A stretch of DNA of 64,000 nucleotides from NCBI GenBank assembly GCA_900553315.1, contig USCW01000001.1, positions 19,949 to 83,948 of the forward strand, read 5' to 3'. Below, piece by piece: positions 19,114 through 28,955 of the stretch. A program made the position numbers and the translations under genes. Source of the stretch: an uncultured Eubacteriales bacterium. Lineage in GTDB: Bacteria > Bacillota > Clostridia > Christensenellales > Aristaeellaceae. The notes below the pieces were generated by a model, which did not search any database, was not told where the DNA came from, and saw only the letters and a list, made by a program, of their open reading frames with translations. Position 1 is the first letter of the stretch. The number at the start of each line of letters is the position of its first letter.

Positions 19114-20091
19114 ATGCGCAGGAGTATAGGCCGTGCATTGAGAATCTGCGGCGCTATCATTGGTGCGGGCTTCGCATCGGGGCAAGAATTGGCAGCCTTT
19201 TTCAGCCGTTATGGTCAATGGAGTTGGCTTGGCATTGCGGCGGCGATGGTAACGCTGGCCTATCTGGGACGGAAGTTATGTCGCTGCTGCATGGAAAGGA
19301 GCGTATCGTTGGCAGGATTGGATCAAGGCAAAATGCGTGTGCTGACACGTTGGATGTTCTGTCTACTGCTGTTCATTACAGGCGGCGCTATGCTGGCTGG
19401 AACGGGTGCGATTGCTGCATTAACGCTGCCGCTTCATAAAGCATCATGGATTGGTGTCGGTATTACGCTGCTGCTTGCTATATGGATTGCTCATCGTCCT
19501 GGGAAGGAAATGAGTAGGCTTTCCGGTGGGCTGATGCTGCTTTTATTGCTGATATTGGTCTATTGTTCATCTCTCGAATCAGAAGCCTCGTGCGTTCTTC
19601 CCACGGATATTTCCATGCCTTATGCCGTGGCCGTCTGTCGTGGGCTCTGCTGGGGAGGCTTTAATTTGGCGGTTGCAGCACCGTTGATAAGCGAAGAAAA
19701 AGATGAGCGTGCACCGCTCCTTGCGGTCGGAATGCTTAGTATCCTTCTTTTATTGGGTAATGCTGTATTGCTGCGGCATCCGTCGTTGATGACGTTCGAA
19801 GTTCCGCTGGTGCAGTTCTTAACTGCTCAAGGGATGATCGGCTATTACGGCGGAGCGCTGGCTATTTATCTGGCAATGCTGACTACGCTGATTGCCGCAT
19901 TGCGTGGGCTAAAGGAACTGTTGCCAAGCGAACTTCGTTACAGCAGTATAGTTGCTGCAGGAGGTATTACCCTGATTGCTCTGGCCGGCTTTGCGGAAAT
20001 TATTGATTTCCTGTATCCGCTGCTTGGTGGAGGCTGTTTGGTAGTATTGATACTTTTATTGCGGAAAAATGATCGAACCGCACGAATTTGA
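19114..20091 (+). CDS. YkvI-family polytopic membrane protein
   Basis: 325 aa with about 9-10 TM segments. N-terminal GAIIGAGFASGQE motif is characteristic of YkvI-like proteins. Confidence 0.55.
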   Translation: MRRSIGRALRICGAIIGAGFASGQELAAFFSRYGQWSWLGIAAAMVTLAYLGRKLCRCCMERSVSLAGLDQGKMRVLTRWMFCLLLFITGGAMLAGTGAIAALTLPLHKASWIGVGITLLLAIWIAHRPGKEMSRLSGGLMLLLLLILVYCSSLESEASCVLPTDISMPYAVAVCRGLCWGGFNLAVAAPLISEEKDERAPLLAVGMLSILLLLGNAVLLRHPSLMTFEVPLVQFLTAQGMIGYYGGALAIYLAMLTTLIAALRGLKELLPSELRYSSIVAAGGITLIALAGFAEIIDFLYPLLGGGCLVVLILLLRKNDRTARI

Positions 20092-20165
20092 AAATCGTCC
20101 CTTTTCGTTGTATCAGTTTTGTTGTATAATAGCATACGTACTTTGCAGTCAAAGAGGGTCGAGAC

Positions 20166-21269
20166 ATGCAATATCGCAGAAATTACCGCGTGATTGATTT
20201 GGAGATACTGCGGGAAAATGTCCGTCTGATTCGTCAATCCGTAGATGCGGACGTTCAACTGATGGCCGTGGTTAAGGCCGATGCTTATGGTCATGGCATT
20301 GTGCAGACTGCAAAAGCGACGCTCGATGCCGGTGCGGATGCGCTGGCCGTAGCGCTGGTGGAGGAAGGGGAAGCGCTTCGCCTTGCCGGTGTTTCGGCGC
20401 CTATTCTGGTACTGGGAGCCACAAGTCTAGAGGAGGCCATTGGCGGTGTACAGCTTGGGCTGACGCTGACCGTTTGCGATGAAGCAATGGTGCGTAGCGT
20501 GGAAAAAGCCTGTGTGCAGGAATCGAAGGAATGCAGCGTCCATTTGAAGATCGACTCTGGTATGAGCCGTATCGGTGCGCGCACGGAGTCAGAGGTTCAG
20601 CAAGTGTTGCAGACGTTGCAGGCGTGTCCGCATGTGCGGCTGACTGGGGCGTTTACACATTTTGCGGACGCAGATGGACAGACGGAGGAATTTACCCGTC
20701 AGCAGTTTGAACGCTTTCAGCAGCTAACGGCAGCTTTGTCCTCCGATATTGTGCGTCACGCGGCGAATAGTGCCTCCATTCATCGCTATCCTGAAATGCA
20801 CTTAAACATGGTGCGCATGGGTATTTCCATGTATGGCTATCCGCCTGTTGCATCTGAGCTTCCACTCAAACCCTGCATGAGCTGGAAAACAGAGGTAACC
20901 TATGTGAAGAAAATTGAAGCAGGGGATACGGTGAGTTATGGACGCACCTTCTGTGCAGGACATCCTATGCGTGTGGCGACGATTGCCGTAGGCTATGGCG
21001 ACGGTTATCATCGGGCAATTTCGGGCAAAGGCTGTGTATTGATCGGCGGGAAACGCGCTCCCATTCTCGGGCGCGTTTGCATGGATCAGATGATGGCAGA
21101 TGTGACCGACATTCCTAATGTACAGGCTGGGGATGAAGTGATTCTGCTGGGACGGCAGGGCACAGAAAGCGTTGACGCTGAGGAGTTCGCATCATGGGCC
21201 GATACGATCAGTTATGAAGTCCTACTGGCACCCACAGCACGTGTGCCGCGGGTATGGCTGCATGAGTGA
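20166..21269 (+). CDS. alr: alanine racemase
   Basis: PLP-lysine motif AVVKADAYGHG, and C-terminal RVCMDQ...SYE pattern. Confidence 0.92.
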   Translation: MQYRRNYRVIDLEILRENVRLIRQSVDADVQLMAVVKADAYGHGIVQTAKATLDAGADALAVALVEEGEALRLAGVSAPILVLGATSLEEAIGGVQLGLTLTVCDEAMVRSVEKACVQESKECSVHLKIDSGMSRIGARTESEVQQVLQTLQACPHVRLTGAFTHFADADGQTEEFTRQQFERFQQLTAALSSDIVRHAANSASIHRYPEMHLNMVRMGISMYGYPPVASELPLKPCMSWKTEVTYVKKIEAGDTVSYGRTFCAGHPMRVATIAVGYGDGYHRAISGKGCVLIGGKRAPILGRVCMDQMMADVTDIPNVQAGDEVILLGRQGTESVDAEEFASWADTISYEVLLAPTARVPRVWLHE

Positions 21270-21852
21270 GGAAAAAGCGGCACTGCGGAGAAGCTTGCGC
21301 AAGCAGCGGTTCAGCACGGTTCAGCTTCAAGCCGAAAGTGCATGTATCTGTGAGCAGTTACGGAAGTTGCCTCTTTTTCAACAGGCGAGATGCATTGCGG
21401 CGTACATGCCTTTGCCGCATGAAGCTCAGATACAGCCGTTACTGTCCGAAATTCTGGCAGACGGAAAATGCTTGCTGCTACCCAGCGTGTCGGATAACGG
21501 CTTGACGTTTCATCAAGTTTCACGGCTGCAATCGCTGCGCGAGGGACAGTTTCGAGTTATGGAACCCCCTGAGGATGCGCTACAAGTGCCGCTGGAACAG
21601 GCAGAGCTTATCCTTGTGCCGTTGGAGGCGGTCGATAGGCGAGGCAATCGTCTGGGCAAGGGCGACGGCTATTATGACCGAGCATTGCGGACGGTGCAAG
21701 GCTTCTGCATGGGCGTTGCGTTATCTTATCAAGTGGTTGACCGGATACCTGTCGAAGAAAGCGATCGAGCCTTGGACGGCTGGGTGACTCCGGAATATCG
21801 TCATATATTAACAAAAGTGAGGGAACAGCATGGACACGAAGAAGAACCCTAA
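21262..21852 (+). CDS. 5-formyltetrahydrofolate cyclo-ligase
   Basis: Conserved GNRLGKGDGYYDR motif. ATG 21262 overlaps the alr stop (ATGAGTGA), suggesting translational coupling. Confidence 0.82.
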   Translation: MSEEKAALRRSLRKQRFSTVQLQAESACICEQLRKLPLFQQARCIAAYMPLPHEAQIQPLLSEILADGKCLLLPSVSDNGLTFHQVSRLQSLREGQFRVMEPPEDALQVPLEQAELILVPLEAVDRRGNRLGKGDGYYDRALRTVQGFCMGVALSYQVVDRIPVEESDRALDGWVTPEYRHILTKVREQHGHEEEP

Positions 21853-22636
21853 AAAGAAGATGAAGATTGTCAAGAAGCCCTATGTCAAAGGCTCGATTGT
21901 GGATGCCTCCACGGTGAAGGATGCGTTGCGCTTTTTCGGCGGCACTGTAATCATGATGCTGGCATTTTTGCTGCTGAGCTCCATGATGATGTGGGATAAC
22001 CTGATGCTGCGCATCATCACCAACGGCGTTGTGCTGGTGCTGGCATGGCTGCTGTTCTATGCATCGGGCGTATCAAAGGGCGCAGTTGCGGTGAACAGCG
22101 GCGAGATTCTCTACCAGCGTCAGCAGGAAGGCAAGGCGCTTGACAACGCGGATGTTCGCGCAAGCTTTCATCCGCTCAAGGGCTTTGTAACAGGCATCAT
22201 TGGCGACTTGCCTTGCTTGGTGTGCGCGATCGTGCTGGCGCTGATTGCGCAGCGGCAGATGTACAGCGCGGCATCGCTGCCTTCTTGGCTGGAAAGCTAT
22301 ACCCGGCGCAGCGAGATTGGCGACGCGTTAGCCTATTATTCAGTCTCGCACGGCATGAGCCTTGAAAACATTCTGAGATTGATTGTCCGTACCATGATTA
22401 TGCCGCTGGTGAGCATTGTAGGAACGGAAAGCTCGGCGAATCTGCTCACGCTGGAGCACCTTGCACCACTGGCTGTGTTGATGCCCGCGTTGTTCTATGG
22501 CGTTGGCTATACGCAGGGCGTGAACGCACGTGCACAGGTACATTCCAGCATCGCCGCCGCTAACAAAAAGCACCGAAAGCAGGAAAAGAAAAAACAGCAG
22601 CAGCGCCGTGTGCAGGAGCCTAAGCAGTTGAACTAA
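21830..22636 (+). CDS. hypothetical polytopic membrane protein with Lys-rich termini
   Basis: 268-aa ORF with about 5 hydrophobic helices. Basic N-terminus (KKNPKKKMKIVKK) and C-terminus (KKHRKQEKKKQQQRR). Overlaps the upstream gene by 23 nt. No family recognised. Confidence 0.6.
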   Translation: MDTKKNPKKKMKIVKKPYVKGSIVDASTVKDALRFFGGTVIMMLAFLLLSSMMMWDNLMLRIITNGVVLVLAWLLFYASGVSKGAVAVNSGEILYQRQQEGKALDNADVRASFHPLKGFVTGIIGDLPCLVCAIVLALIAQRQMYSAASLPSWLESYTRRSEIGDALAYYSVSHGMSLENILRLIVRTMIMPLVSIVGTESSANLLTLEHLAPLAVLMPALFYGVGYTQGVNARAQVHSSIAAANKKHRKQEKKKQQQRRVQEPKQLN

Positions 22637-22649
22637 GTCGGAGGCAATT

Positions 22650-23207
22650 ATGCGCATTGTAGCAGGAACGGCTCGTTCCAGAACCATTTTAGCTCCCGAG
22701 GGACGCGATACTCGTCCAACACTGGATCGCGTGCGGGAAAATCTATTCAATATCCTGCAATGGCATTGCCGTGATGCGCAGGTGCTTGATCTTTTTGCCG
22801 GCAGCGGCGCCTTGGCACTCGAGGCATTAAGCCGGGGCGCTGCCGGGGCTGTTCTGGCAGACCGCGATCCTCGCGCTGTACGCATTGAGCGTCAAAATGT
22901 GGAGAATCTCGGCTTTACAGATCGCGCACGAGTGATTCAGGCAGAATGGCAGGAAACGCTGCGCCGACTAGCTGCGGAAAACATGACCTTTCAACTGGTG
23001 TTCCTTGATCCGCCTTACGCAATGAAGGATTTGTCGGCAGTCTTTGAGGCGTTGCGTTCAGGTGGAATGATCGACGAAAACTCGTTGATCGTGGTCGAGC
23101 ATAAGGCCGAGGACGTACCTTTCGTTGGAGACGGCTTTATCGTCACCGACCAGCGGAAATATGGCTACGCGGGCATTCATATGTTTCGCCTGAAGGGGGA
23201 AGCCTGA
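22650..23207 (+). CDS. rsmD: 16S rRNA (guanine966-N2)-methyltransferase
   Basis: RPT.DRVRE.LFN, DLFAGSGALALEALSRG and FLDPPY motifs. Followed by coaD, as in Bacillus ylbH-ylbI. Confidence 0.9.
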   Translation: MRIVAGTARSRTILAPEGRDTRPTLDRVRENLFNILQWHCRDAQVLDLFAGSGALALEALSRGAAGAVLADRDPRAVRIERQNVENLGFTDRARVIQAEWQETLRRLAAENMTFQLVFLDPPYAMKDLSAVFEALRSGGMIDENSLIVVEHKAEDVPFVGDGFIVTDQRKYGYAGIHMFRLKGEA

Positions 23208-23208
23208 G

Positions 23209-23700
23209 ATGGAACGGGTATGTATCTATCCGGGAAGCTTCGATCCCATTACCATCGGGCATATGGACATTATCCGTCGGAGTACCGCTATTTTTGACCG
23301 TGTGGTTGTGGCTGTACTGCATAATCCTGCGAAGGCCGGATGCTTTCCCGTGGAGGAGCGGTTAGCGCTGATTCGAAGCGCTTGTGCTGATATGCCGCAG
23401 GTGTCCGTGGAAAGCTTTGGCGGATTATTGGTCGATTTCTGCAAGGGCCATAACATTCACGTTGTTATACGCGGCTTGCGTGCTGTCAGCGATTTCGAAA
23501 ATGAGCTTCAAATGGCGCAGGTCAATCGCCAACTGCTTCCGAAGTTGGAAACGATCTTCATGATGACCCGACCGGAGCACGCGCCGATCAGTTCCTCAGT
23601 AGTGCGTGAGCTGGCGCATTTCGGAGGAGACTTCCGTCCGTTCATCCCGGAAGAGATTTATCCCCAGGTACAGGCGTTTTTTGAAAAGCGTGGAAACTAA
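23209..23700 (+). CDS. coaD: phosphopantetheine adenylyltransferase
   Basis: YPGSFDPITIGHMDII motif and SSS.VRE near the C-terminus. Confidence 0.93.
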   Translation: MERVCIYPGSFDPITIGHMDIIRRSTAIFDRVVVAVLHNPAKAGCFPVEERLALIRSACADMPQVSVESFGGLLVDFCKGHNIHVVIRGLRAVSDFENELQMAQVNRQLLPKLETIFMMTRPEHAPISSSVVRELAHFGGDFRPFIPEEIYPQVQAFFEKRGN

Positions 23701-23715
23701 GAGGAGGCATTTGCC

Positions 23716-24381
23716 ATGGCGCCCAGACAAAGTCGTTCCGAAATTACCCAATGCGTCAGCGTGATCCGCGATTTGCAGGAGCTGATTGTCAGCAGCCGCC
23801 GTGCATTCATGAGCGGCAATGCCTGCGTTGTGGATCGTCAGACAATGCTGGATAAGCTGGACGAGTTGGAACGCTGCTTGCCGGAGGCGGTACGTCAGGC
23901 AAATGAGAGCTTGAAATCCATCGATGCTTATGAGGAACAGATTCGTCAGGAATGCACGGCCAAGGTGAATGAAGCCAATGAGAAGTCTCGGCGCATCGCA
24001 GCGGCTGCACAGCAAACCGAAGCTGAGGCGCAGAAGAAGGCCAATAATATCGCGGCGGCTGCGGCGGCATCTGCCTCTGAGCAGCAGCGCAAGGCCGAGG
24101 AGGAAGCGAGAGCAATCGTAGAGTCCGGTCGCGGAGAAGCCGCGCGCATTGTCGAGGAAGCTCAGCGTCATGCGAATGCGCTGGTTGCACAGGAGGAAAT
24201 CATGCGCCGCGCACGGGTAGAGGTAAAGGAAATGCAGGAAGCTACGCAGGCTCAATTAGCCCAGCTTCGGCGCAACACCTTCGATTATCTGGACAATATG
24301 CTGGCACAGACAGATCAGCATTTGGGTGGGCTTATCAATGAACTGCGCATGGAGCGCAACGAACTGAATGCCCAAAGATAA
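23716..24381 (+). CDS. hypothetical coiled-coil protein (Ala/Glu/Gln-rich)
   Basis: 221-aa ORF with GAGGAGG 8 nt upstream. Heptad-like, highly charged sequence resembling ATPase subunit b/H-type coiled coils. No catalytic motif. Confidence 0.6.
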   Translation: MAPRQSRSEITQCVSVIRDLQELIVSSRRAFMSGNACVVDRQTMLDKLDELERCLPEAVRQANESLKSIDAYEEQIRQECTAKVNEANEKSRRIAAAAQQTEAEAQKKANNIAAAAAASASEQQRKAEEEARAIVESGRGEAARIVEEAQRHANALVAQEEIMRRARVEVKEMQEATQAQLAQLRRNTFDYLDNMLAQTDQHLGGLINELRMERNELNAQR

Positions 24382-24554
24382 TGATCTGTCCAAAATGTTA
24401 CGCGAAATGTTCATGCGCTGTTCAAACCACGTTCATATTTCTCCAGTATAGTAAGTTTGCAATCAGGAAGGCAAGCCACCAGCCTCCTGAGAGCAATCTC
24501 CTTTTTCCCGACATTCTTGTTTGAGAATGTCACCTCCCTATCCTCCATACAAAG

Positions 24555-24599
24555 CAAAGGCCATGGAAGCAGTCAGCAGAGCCGATTCCATGGCCTTTG
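24555..24599. terminator. hairpin shared by two convergent genes
   Basis: CAAAGGCCATGGAA...TTCCATGGCCTTTG 14-bp perfect stem. T-rich sequence follows on the plus strand, CTTTGTAT on the minus strand. Confidence 0.55.
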
Positions 24600-24611
24600 T
24601 GATATGCTCTT

Positions 24612-26918
24612 TTATTTTTTCAGATGTGCTGCGGTCAGGGGATACTCGCTGACGAGGTTCATAATGGTGCTCCCGAGCTCACAGCCGGAAGAAACCAGCG
24701 CACCCAGCCACAGCAGCAGACCGCGATCCATTGCAGCGGCTAAGCCGCCCTCCATATAAGCTGATGCTACTCGAATGAACTGCTTCATTGCGGCAAGCGC
24801 TGTGCCAGAAACAATGCCCAAAGGCTCTAAAGCCTCCAACATCGGCGCAAGGCACTTTGTAATCTCTTCTTCCGTCGCTCCATGAGCGCTGGCATATTGC
24901 TTCAGCGAAGCCGCGCTAATGGGTTGTGCATCGACATTTGTCATAGGAGTCATGGCGGGAATGGCTGACAGCTGCCATAGCGGCCATGGAGACATTTCCC
25001 AAGCAGCGGTCTGGCTGAAGCTATGCAGATTCTTGCCAATCAAAACCGTATGCACAGGCTCCGCAGCAGCCGGAGCGGTTAGCGCTGTAATAAGCACAGC
25101 AGGCGTAGCGTCTGCGGGAAGCTTGGACAGCACAGGATACTGCCGCTCTGTTTCCTGCACCTTCACACCAGGGCCCCAGCCGCAGACAGCACAGATGTTC
25201 TGAATGAGCTCCACAACCGGACCTAACTGCGGTGCAACCAGACTAAACCGCGGGCAGCACGCAAGCAGCGTTAGCAGCGTTATCACGTCAGGCTGAGTAA
25301 TGGCATAGCCACAGGCATGTAGGCCATTCTGAACACGCGCAATCAATTCCTGTGGCGGGACCTCTGTCCCGGGCACGGGTGCAAGTCGCAGGGGCGTTCC
25401 AGTCACGGTCTCAGCCATATTCGCTTTCGTCAGCGCATCTGCCAAGGCGTGGGGGAGCTCTTCTCCCTGCAATGCATCTATTTCTGTTTGCAGCGCATCG
25501 CGCTGTGCGGTTAATTCAGTCAGCTGCTTTTGCAGCGCTTGAGCGGATGCGTGACGCTCCTCCAGTTGCTGATCCAACGTGCTCAATTCCTGCGCTTTTT
25601 GAGATTTCAAGCCTTCCAGAATCGTTTTCTTGTACTGCTCAACGTCGGCCTTGGCTTTATCAAGCTCTACCAGCGCAGAAAGACGTTCGGCCTCCATGTC
25701 CTGCAAGCGTGCGGAGAGAACCGCTTGCAAGGGCGTTTCATTCGCGCCGGAGGATTTACCGCGATGGGTGAGACGCTGACCGATTCCGGGAAGCGAAAGC
25801 ACATGATCAATCAGCTGCTGCTGTGCTTCAGGAAGCTTCCATGCCTGTGTTAGACAACGGCACGCCTCTTCCACAGGATTTTCAACCGGCTGCAAGGTAG
25901 CTCCAGCGGGCAGGGGAGCTGCAGGCGGCTCATAGCGTGCGGCACGCCATTGAGCGGACACGACCTCCTGTAATTGATTTTTCGGCTTGGGGGTTGCGGC
26001 ACGGAAATTGCTGCGCATAAGCGGCGTGCCAGACAATGGCTCAGAACGCACGGGCTGGGGGACACGATGCGCCGAGGGTGACGCATTCAGCAGGTTAGCC
26101 CCCTTGCTGAGCGGCTGTGCAATGGCGGAAAGCTGTTCCTCAAAGCCCTTGCTTTCGTCCAGAATATGTAGCTTCTGACCAATGGCCAGCGAATCCTCTT
26201 CGACAGATTTTGATTTTTCGGAATGAGGCTTTCCTGCGTCTGCCTGTTCAACAGGTTCATCCGCTGCTGCCGGTTCTTTCTGCATAGGTGCTGCGGATTC
26301 AGCAGACGCCGTCGGCTGCACAGGCATGGGTTCTGCCTGAGGCTTCTCCGCTTCCATATGGGGGAGACACAAAATTGCGCGTGTCTTGCCATCCGGGCAT
26401 ACTACATCATACAATACGCCCTCTGCCGGTTCCGCAGGATGAATATCGTCTGTCTGGGCGCGGTCTACCGGGCCCAATAGCGTATCGCCGTCTTTGATAT
26501 AAAAAAGCGGCGTTACGGCTGCGGCGGAAAGGGCGGCGGCATCATCGGCTTTTCCACTCATCACTTCGAAAAAGCTGTGCGCAGGAAGGGGCTGTACCGC
26601 ATCCGAATAGAGGATATACTGGTTGCATTCACCCTTGGCAGGGTTATAATTCTTGTTCGTCCGAATCTTGTTAGCTTCCTCAGTCGTGTGGGTAAGATCC
26701 ATCACGCAGAAGGAACCCAGCGTGCGCATACGCTCCTTAAAGTGGTACTGTTCTGCGCGATCTGGAACAATACGAAGCGCACCCTCGTCCGGCCATGCGG
26801 CACGGGCTTTTTCCTGAACGTCGCCGGATGCGGCCAGCAGAGGCTTGACTCGGAAATACACGCGCTGCGTGTTGTCTTCCTCAAGGTAGGAGAAAATCAA
26901 CTCACGATAAATGTCCAT
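24612..26918 (-). CDS. large hypothetical cytoplasmic protein (768 aa), no recognisable domain
   Basis: Long uninterrupted ORF. GGAGGG 6-7 nt upstream of ATG 26918. No signal peptide or TM segment. About 190-aa N-terminal region, Pro/Ala/Glu-rich linker, Gln/Leu/Glu coiled coil, and about 270-aa C-terminal region. Confidence 0.7.
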   Translation of the reverse strand: MDIYRELIFSYLEEDNTQRVYFRVKPLLAASGDVQEKARAAWPDEGALRIVPDRAEQYHFKERMRTLGSFCVMDLTHTTEEANKIRTNKNYNPAKGECNQYILYSDAVQPLPAHSFFEVMSGKADDAAALSAAAVTPLFYIKDGDTLLGPVDRAQTDDIHPAEPAEGVLYDVVCPDGKTRAILCLPHMEAEKPQAEPMPVQPTASAESAAPMQKEPAAADEPVEQADAGKPHSEKSKSVEEDSLAIGQKLHILDESKGFEEQLSAIAQPLSKGANLLNASPSAHRVPQPVRSEPLSGTPLMRSNFRAATPKPKNQLQEVVSAQWRAARYEPPAAPLPAGATLQPVENPVEEACRCLTQAWKLPEAQQQLIDHVLSLPGIGQRLTHRGKSSGANETPLQAVLSARLQDMEAERLSALVELDKAKADVEQYKKTILEGLKSQKAQELSTLDQQLEERHASAQALQKQLTELTAQRDALQTEIDALQGEELPHALADALTKANMAETVTGTPLRLAPVPGTEVPPQELIARVQNGLHACGYAITQPDVITLLTLLACCPRFSLVAPQLGPVVELIQNICAVCGWGPGVKVQETERQYPVLSKLPADATPAVLITALTAPAAAEPVHTVLIGKNLHSFSQTAAWEMSPWPLWQLSAIPAMTPMTNVDAQPISAASLKQYASAHGATEEEITKCLAPMLEALEPLGIVSGTALAAMKQFIRVASAYMEGGLAAAMDRGLLLWLGALVSSGCELGSTIMNLVSEYPLTAAHLKK

Positions 26919-27174
26919 AGAGACCCTCCAACCAATGAAATATTCCAAATAAACGGGGGAGACAGGATAATTGGATTGATTTATTCTATCAATTTTTTAC
27001 AGGCTCGTCAAGCCTTTCAGAATACAGGCAACGCATTTCATGCAAAATATGGAAAAAACACACATTATTTTCTACAAATTCACTTGCAAAAAGCAATTGT
27101 GTTCGGGTCGCTGGATGCATGAGATGCTGGAGGCTGGGCAGAATGAGAAAGAAAACGAACACAGGAGGCTCAAA

Positions 27175-27819
27175 ATGTCAGCCGGAATGTTAATTTTGAC
27201 TACCACAGCCGTGCTTGTATTTTTCGGGATCGCGCAGCGCGTGCTGGACCGAATGCGCTTGACCGATCGTCAGGCGCTGCTGCTGGTTTCCCTCATGTTT
27301 GTGGGAACACTGCTGCCCAATATCACGCTAGGTATGGTTTCGCTGAGCTTGGGCGGTGCGCTGATTCCGTTAGGCGTTTGTATCTATCTGCTTGTCAGCG
27401 CCGGGACGAAAAAGGAGGTTCTACGTTCCTTGATTGGTGCAGTGCTTACCGGCGCTGCCGTTTACGCGCTTTCTGTCTTTTTGCCGGATGAGCCGGAACA
27501 GATGTGGATAGAGCCGAACATCCTTTATGGCTTGAGCGGTGGCATCATTGCCTATTTGTTGGGGCGAAGCCGTCGAGCCGCATTCATTTGCGGTGTGCTC
27601 GGCGTTATGCTGGCGGATATTGCAAATGCGTTTGTGGTATGGATCCGCGGCACACAGCAGCAATTAGTGCTGGGCGGCGCGGGCTTGGCGGATAGCGTTG
27701 TCATCAGCGGCATCCTTGCGGTACTGCTGGCAGAATTGGTTGGAGAAATCATGGAGCGCATCCATCGTGGAAAAACAGCGCAAGAATCGCCTGCACCGGA
27801 GAGGAGACGTGTCCGTTGA
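27175..27819 (+). CDS. hypothetical integral membrane protein, translationally coupled to spoIIP
   Basis: About 214 aa with 6-7 hydrophobic helices. AGGAGG upstream of ATG 27175. Its stop overlaps the spoIIP TTG start (TTGA). Confidence 0.6.
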   Translation: MSAGMLILTTTAVLVFFGIAQRVLDRMRLTDRQALLLVSLMFVGTLLPNITLGMVSLSLGGALIPLGVCIYLLVSAGTKKEVLRSLIGAVLTGAAVYALSVFLPDEPEQMWIEPNILYGLSGGIIAYLLGRSRRAAFICGVLGVMLADIANAFVVWIRGTQQQLVLGGAGLADSVVISGILAVLLAELVGEIMERIHRGKTAQESPAPERRRVR

Positions 27820-28934
27820 AAAGAATATTTGCAGTCGCGCTTTTGTGCAGTCTGCTGTTTGCGGCGATTCCCGCAGACGCAGAAGAAGACGAATGGCAGT
27901 TGGTCACAGAGGAAGGTACTGTGCTGACCTCCCTCGGCGTACAGCCTGAAGCAGGGGATCGCTATATTTCGGGGGATAATCAGGAATACGAAGTTATTGC
28001 TGTGGAGCAAGGCAAAGCGATTGCTCGGCATCTAGGGGCATTCGCTTTGCCGGATATATCTTGGCTGAATGCAGAGACTGCAATGCCCGTCAGTGCGCTG
28101 GGAGATAACCGCTTACTGGCGTTCTACTGTACCCATTCCGATGAAAGCTATGAGCCCTCCGACGGCGTTTACAGCAATGATAAGAGAGGTTCCATTTATG
28201 AGGTAGCACAGGCGCTGGCAGATGAATTAGAGGAAGACGGCGCGGTGACGGTTGTATCGGATGCGCTGCATCATCCGCATGATGCGGGCGCATACCGCCG
28301 CAGTCGGCAAACCGCTGTTCAACTGTTGAAGCAGGGGCCTGATGCGATCTTTGACATTCACCGTGACGGCATCAAAAATTCGGATGAGTATGCGGTAATG
28401 ATTGGAAGTAAAAAGGCCAGTAAGATTCGTATTCTGGTGGGCCGTGGAAACCAGAACGCTGAAAGCAATAAAAAATTTGCCGCCACCGTAAAGGCGGTGG
28501 GCGACAAGGTCTATCCGGGGCTCATTAAGGACATTTATCTGGGGAAGGGCGCATACAATCAGGATCTTTCGCCGCGGGCTTTATTGCTTGAATGCGGCAC
28601 CTATACGCTCTCCAAGGAGCGTGTGCTGGCATCTATGCCGATGCTGGCAGACACCCTGTCGCGGGCGATTTACGGCGGCGTAGTTGGTTCTGCGGGAGCA
28701 TCGGATGTCAGCGGTCAGAAGCCAGGAAGTACGGAAGCCGCTGCGCAAAGCAATCATGGTGCAGGAACGGGAATATTATGGGCAGCAGGAATCCTTGTTG
28801 TTGGTTTGCTGGTATATGGTTTTGTGGCAACGGGCTCAGGGAAGGGAATGCTGCATCAGGCAGGACGCAGCATAAACCAAATGACAGGCGGCCTGATTGG
28901 GAAAAAGCCGGATGATGACAAGCATAACGAATGA
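27816..28934 (+). CDS. spoIIP: stage II sporulation protein P (SpoIIP family amidase/peptidase)
   Basis: N-terminal signal/anchor. YCTHSDESYEPSDG and FDIHRDG motifs typical of SpoIIP. C-terminal TM segment. Confidence 0.8.
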   Translation: MKRIFAVALLCSLLFAAIPADAEEDEWQLVTEEGTVLTSLGVQPEAGDRYISGDNQEYEVIAVEQGKAIARHLGAFALPDISWLNAETAMPVSALGDNRLLAFYCTHSDESYEPSDGVYSNDKRGSIYEVAQALADELEEDGAVTVVSDALHHPHDAGAYRRSRQTAVQLLKQGPDAIFDIHRDGIKNSDEYAVMIGSKKASKIRILVGRGNQNAESNKKFAATVKAVGDKVYPGLIKDIYLGKGAYNQDLSPRALLLECGTYTLSKERVLASMPMLADTLSRAIYGGVVGSAGASDVSGQKPGSTEAAAQSNHGAGTGILWAAGILVVGLLVYGFVATGSGKGMLHQAGRSINQMTGGLIGKKPDDDKHNE

Positions 28935-28955
28935 CTTTTGCCTAAACAGGTGCAT

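Noticed and set aside
24381-24524. 47-codon ORF starting at the stop of the coiled-coil gene (TAATG): MICPKCYAKCSCAVQTTF...
   Set aside because: It has no Shine-Dalgarno of its own. Only the first 12 residues look zinc-ribbon-like, and the rest reads like translated spacer. I have no way to test conservation here.
27020-27048. Possible sporulation sigma-E-like promoter (GAATA-14 nt-CATGCAAAAT) upstream of the membrane-protein/spoIIP operon.
   Set aside because: The match to the CATACA-T type -10 is only partial. It lies about 125 nt from the start codon. I cannot score it with a matrix, so it is too weak to call as a feature.
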